NCBI GenBank assembly: GCA_963674595.2
Contig: CAXXFV010000016.1
Span: 288,001-352,000, forward strand
Direction of reading: 5' to 3'
Origin: a bacterium
GTDB lineage: Bacteria; Zhuqueibacterota; Zhuqueibacteria; Residuimicrobiales; Krinioviventaceae
Length of the DNA stretch: 64,000 nt
The first letter of the stretch is position 1, and every line of letters begins with the position of its first letter. Positions 62,526-64,000 of the stretch are shown piece by piece. The notes under the pieces are model-generated. The model saw only the letters and a list, made by a program, of their open reading frames with translations, had not been told where the DNA came from and did not search any database. Position numbers and translations under genes: made by a program.

Positions 62526-63227
62526 TTATACCAACAATACTGCAAATCCGCTGAAAAGAGCGATGATGAAAGATGCTGTTTTTGCTATTGTATGATATTT
62601 TGTGTTTTGTTTGTGCTTTATAAAAATTAAAAACAGTATTAATAACGGAAACAGCAAATATATGCCACCTAATAGTATACCACCTGTGGTGACAAAACGT
62701 TCCAGGTAACCTGATATTTTTTGTCTGAATCCCGGATAAGGAATGGTTTTTCCGGTAATTTTTTTATACCAATAGCGTTGGATATAGTATACAATCGGTA
62801 CACTTGCAAATATTGAAAATACGAGTGATATGATATAAATAATATTTTTTTTGGTTATTAATATGCCAAAAATTTTATATTCTTGAATCGTTAATGTACT
62901 ATCAAGCCAGGAGGCAGCAATCCAAATTGCTGCAAAATGCAAAACCTGATCTATACTGAAAAACAACAGATTGTCTTTTTTTGTTTTTTGAGTGAAATAG
63001 ATTTTACTCGTGTCGAGAATAAAGTGAACAATAGCTAAAGCTGCTATTGCTGCCCATGTTTGCCAAAAATGGATGTATGGTATAAGCACAAAGATATTAA
63101 CAAGGGTACATATTAGGATATGAGGAATACCCCCAATTTTTGATTTTGTTTTTAACTGATAAATCAAATCAGTCTGTAAAGGGAAATCCCCTGTTACATG
63201 AGCTAATAAAAGAATGAGGAACAGCAT
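62526..63227 (-). CDS. DUF3307-like membrane protein
   Basis: LAH..GDF.LQ, H...D..K, F..DQ..H, GYLER. Confidence 0.75.
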   Translation of the reverse strand: MLFLILLLAHVTGDFPLQTDLIYQLKTKSKIGGIPHILICTLVNIFVLIPYIHFWQTWAAIAALAIVHFILDTSKIYFTQKTKKDNLLFFSIDQVLHFAAIWIAASWLDSTLTIQEYKIFGILITKKNIIYIISLVFSIFASVPIVYYIQRYWYKKITGKTIPYPGFRQKISGYLERFVTTGGILLGGIYLLFPLLILFLIFIKHKQNTKYHTIAKTASFIIALFSGFAVLLV

Positions 63228-63261
63228 TCATGTTCCTTGTGCTTTACAGAAATCAGTTTAA

Positions 63262-63705
63262 TTATTCGCGTACAACCCACACTTTAACAGCCGCATCAAC
63301 TTCAGAGTGCAGTTTCACCGGTACATCAAATACACCAAGAGCTTTGAGTGGTTCTTCCAAAACAATCTTTTTGCGGTCAATGCTGAAACCTTGATCGTTA
63401 AGTGAATCAGCAATATTTTGGCTGGTTACGGCACCAAAAACTTTTTCTTCCTCACCAACTTGAACAGCAACTGTAACAGAGAGTTTGGATAACTTTTCAG
63501 CTAATTCCTGAGCTTGTTTGATACCGCGCTGTGCACGGATTGTTTCCAGTTTTTGTTCTTCTTCATAAGAACGCATATTACTTTTGTTGGCAAGTATAGC
63601 AAAACCTTGTGGAATCAAAAAATTGCGCGCATAACCGGGTTTTACGTTAACAATTTCTCCGGATTTCCCAAGAGTTTCATAATCTTTTTTTAATATTACC
63701 TTCAT
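63262..63705 (-). CDS. rplI: 50S ribosomal protein L9
   Basis: MKVIL, LG..GE.V.VK.GYARNFLIP, FGAVT, LH.EV. Confidence 0.98.
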   Translation of the reverse strand: MKVILKKDYETLGKSGEIVNVKPGYARNFLIPQGFAILANKSNMRSYEEEQKLETIRAQRGIKQAQELAEKLSKLSVTVAVQVGEEEKVFGAVTSQNIADSLNDQGFSIDRKKIVLEEPLKALGVFDVPVKLHSEVDAAVKVWVVRE

Positions 63706-63721
63706 AATTTCCTTTCCTTAA

Positions 63722-63943
63722 TTATCGGGTAAAATCGGCTATATAAGGAATAAGTGCCAATTCGCGCGCATTTTTTATGGCCATGACTAATTGTCGTTGA
63801 TGTTTTGCACATGTTCCTGATGTACGTCTTGGGATGATTTTTCCCTGTTCGGTAGTAAACCGCATGAGTCTTTTTTCATCTTTATAATCAATAAAGTCAA
63901 CCTGTTCTTCACAGAATCGACAAATACGTTTCTTCTTTAACAT
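63722..63943 (-). CDS. rpsR: 30S ribosomal protein S18 (Zn-binding form)
   Basis: CRFC, IDYKD, GKI.PRR.SG.CAKHQR. Confidence 0.98.
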   Translation of the reverse strand: MLKKKRICRFCEEQVDFIDYKDEKRLMRFTTEQGKIIPRRTSGTCAKHQRQLVMAIKNARELALIPYIADFTR

Positions 63944-64000
63944 TATGTCTCCTCTAATGGATATATAAATGTTTTAAATTTGCAAATCTTGATATCCAAA

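Overview
This is an AT-rich, gene-dense bacterial chromosomal window with no rRNA, tRNA, CRISPR array or transposase that I can support. The gene style (outer-membrane proteins, Sec/lipoprotein signals, Agl-Glt-like cluster) suggests a diderm, possibly a KSB1/Calditrichota-like lineage (inference only). Left to right: a cyclophilin; a radical-SAM/HhH fusion; a UroD-family protein; an ArsR-DUF2087 plus GIY-YIG-like pair; a complete trpEGDCFBA operon with a WWW leader peptide; a ZIP transporter; a GH20; a three-gene selenium/sulfur relay module; two tandem arylsulfotransferase-like paralogs; an accessory patch (secreted protein, internally deleted ABC permease, nhaA, beta-barrel, plsC, DAGK, antiporter); a long minus-strand run ilvB-ilvB-ilvN-ilvC-leuA-leuC-leuD-leuB-cimA then argJ-proC-argC-argB-argD-argA; an ECF S component; a frameshifted sensor kinase with an NtrC-type regulator; an 8-gene Agl-Glt (Myxococcus gliding motor)-like cluster; a VWA-like protein; tsaD; a YbbR-like protein; a small Cys4 protein; DUF3307; rplI; rpsR. 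The most notable signals are: (i) a trp attenuator with two tandem terminators whose arms can pair in a relay; (ii) an unusually long 65-aa leader ORF upstream of ilv-leu with successive Ile-, Val- and Leu-rich blocks; (iii) near-identical tandem ilvB copies that differ only at the N-terminus and one C-terminal residue; (iv) a contiguous Agl-Glt-like machine in which one ExbD lacks the catalytic Asp; (v) two unexplained structured intergenic elements. All calls come from reading the sequence by eye; no searches or folding computations were run.
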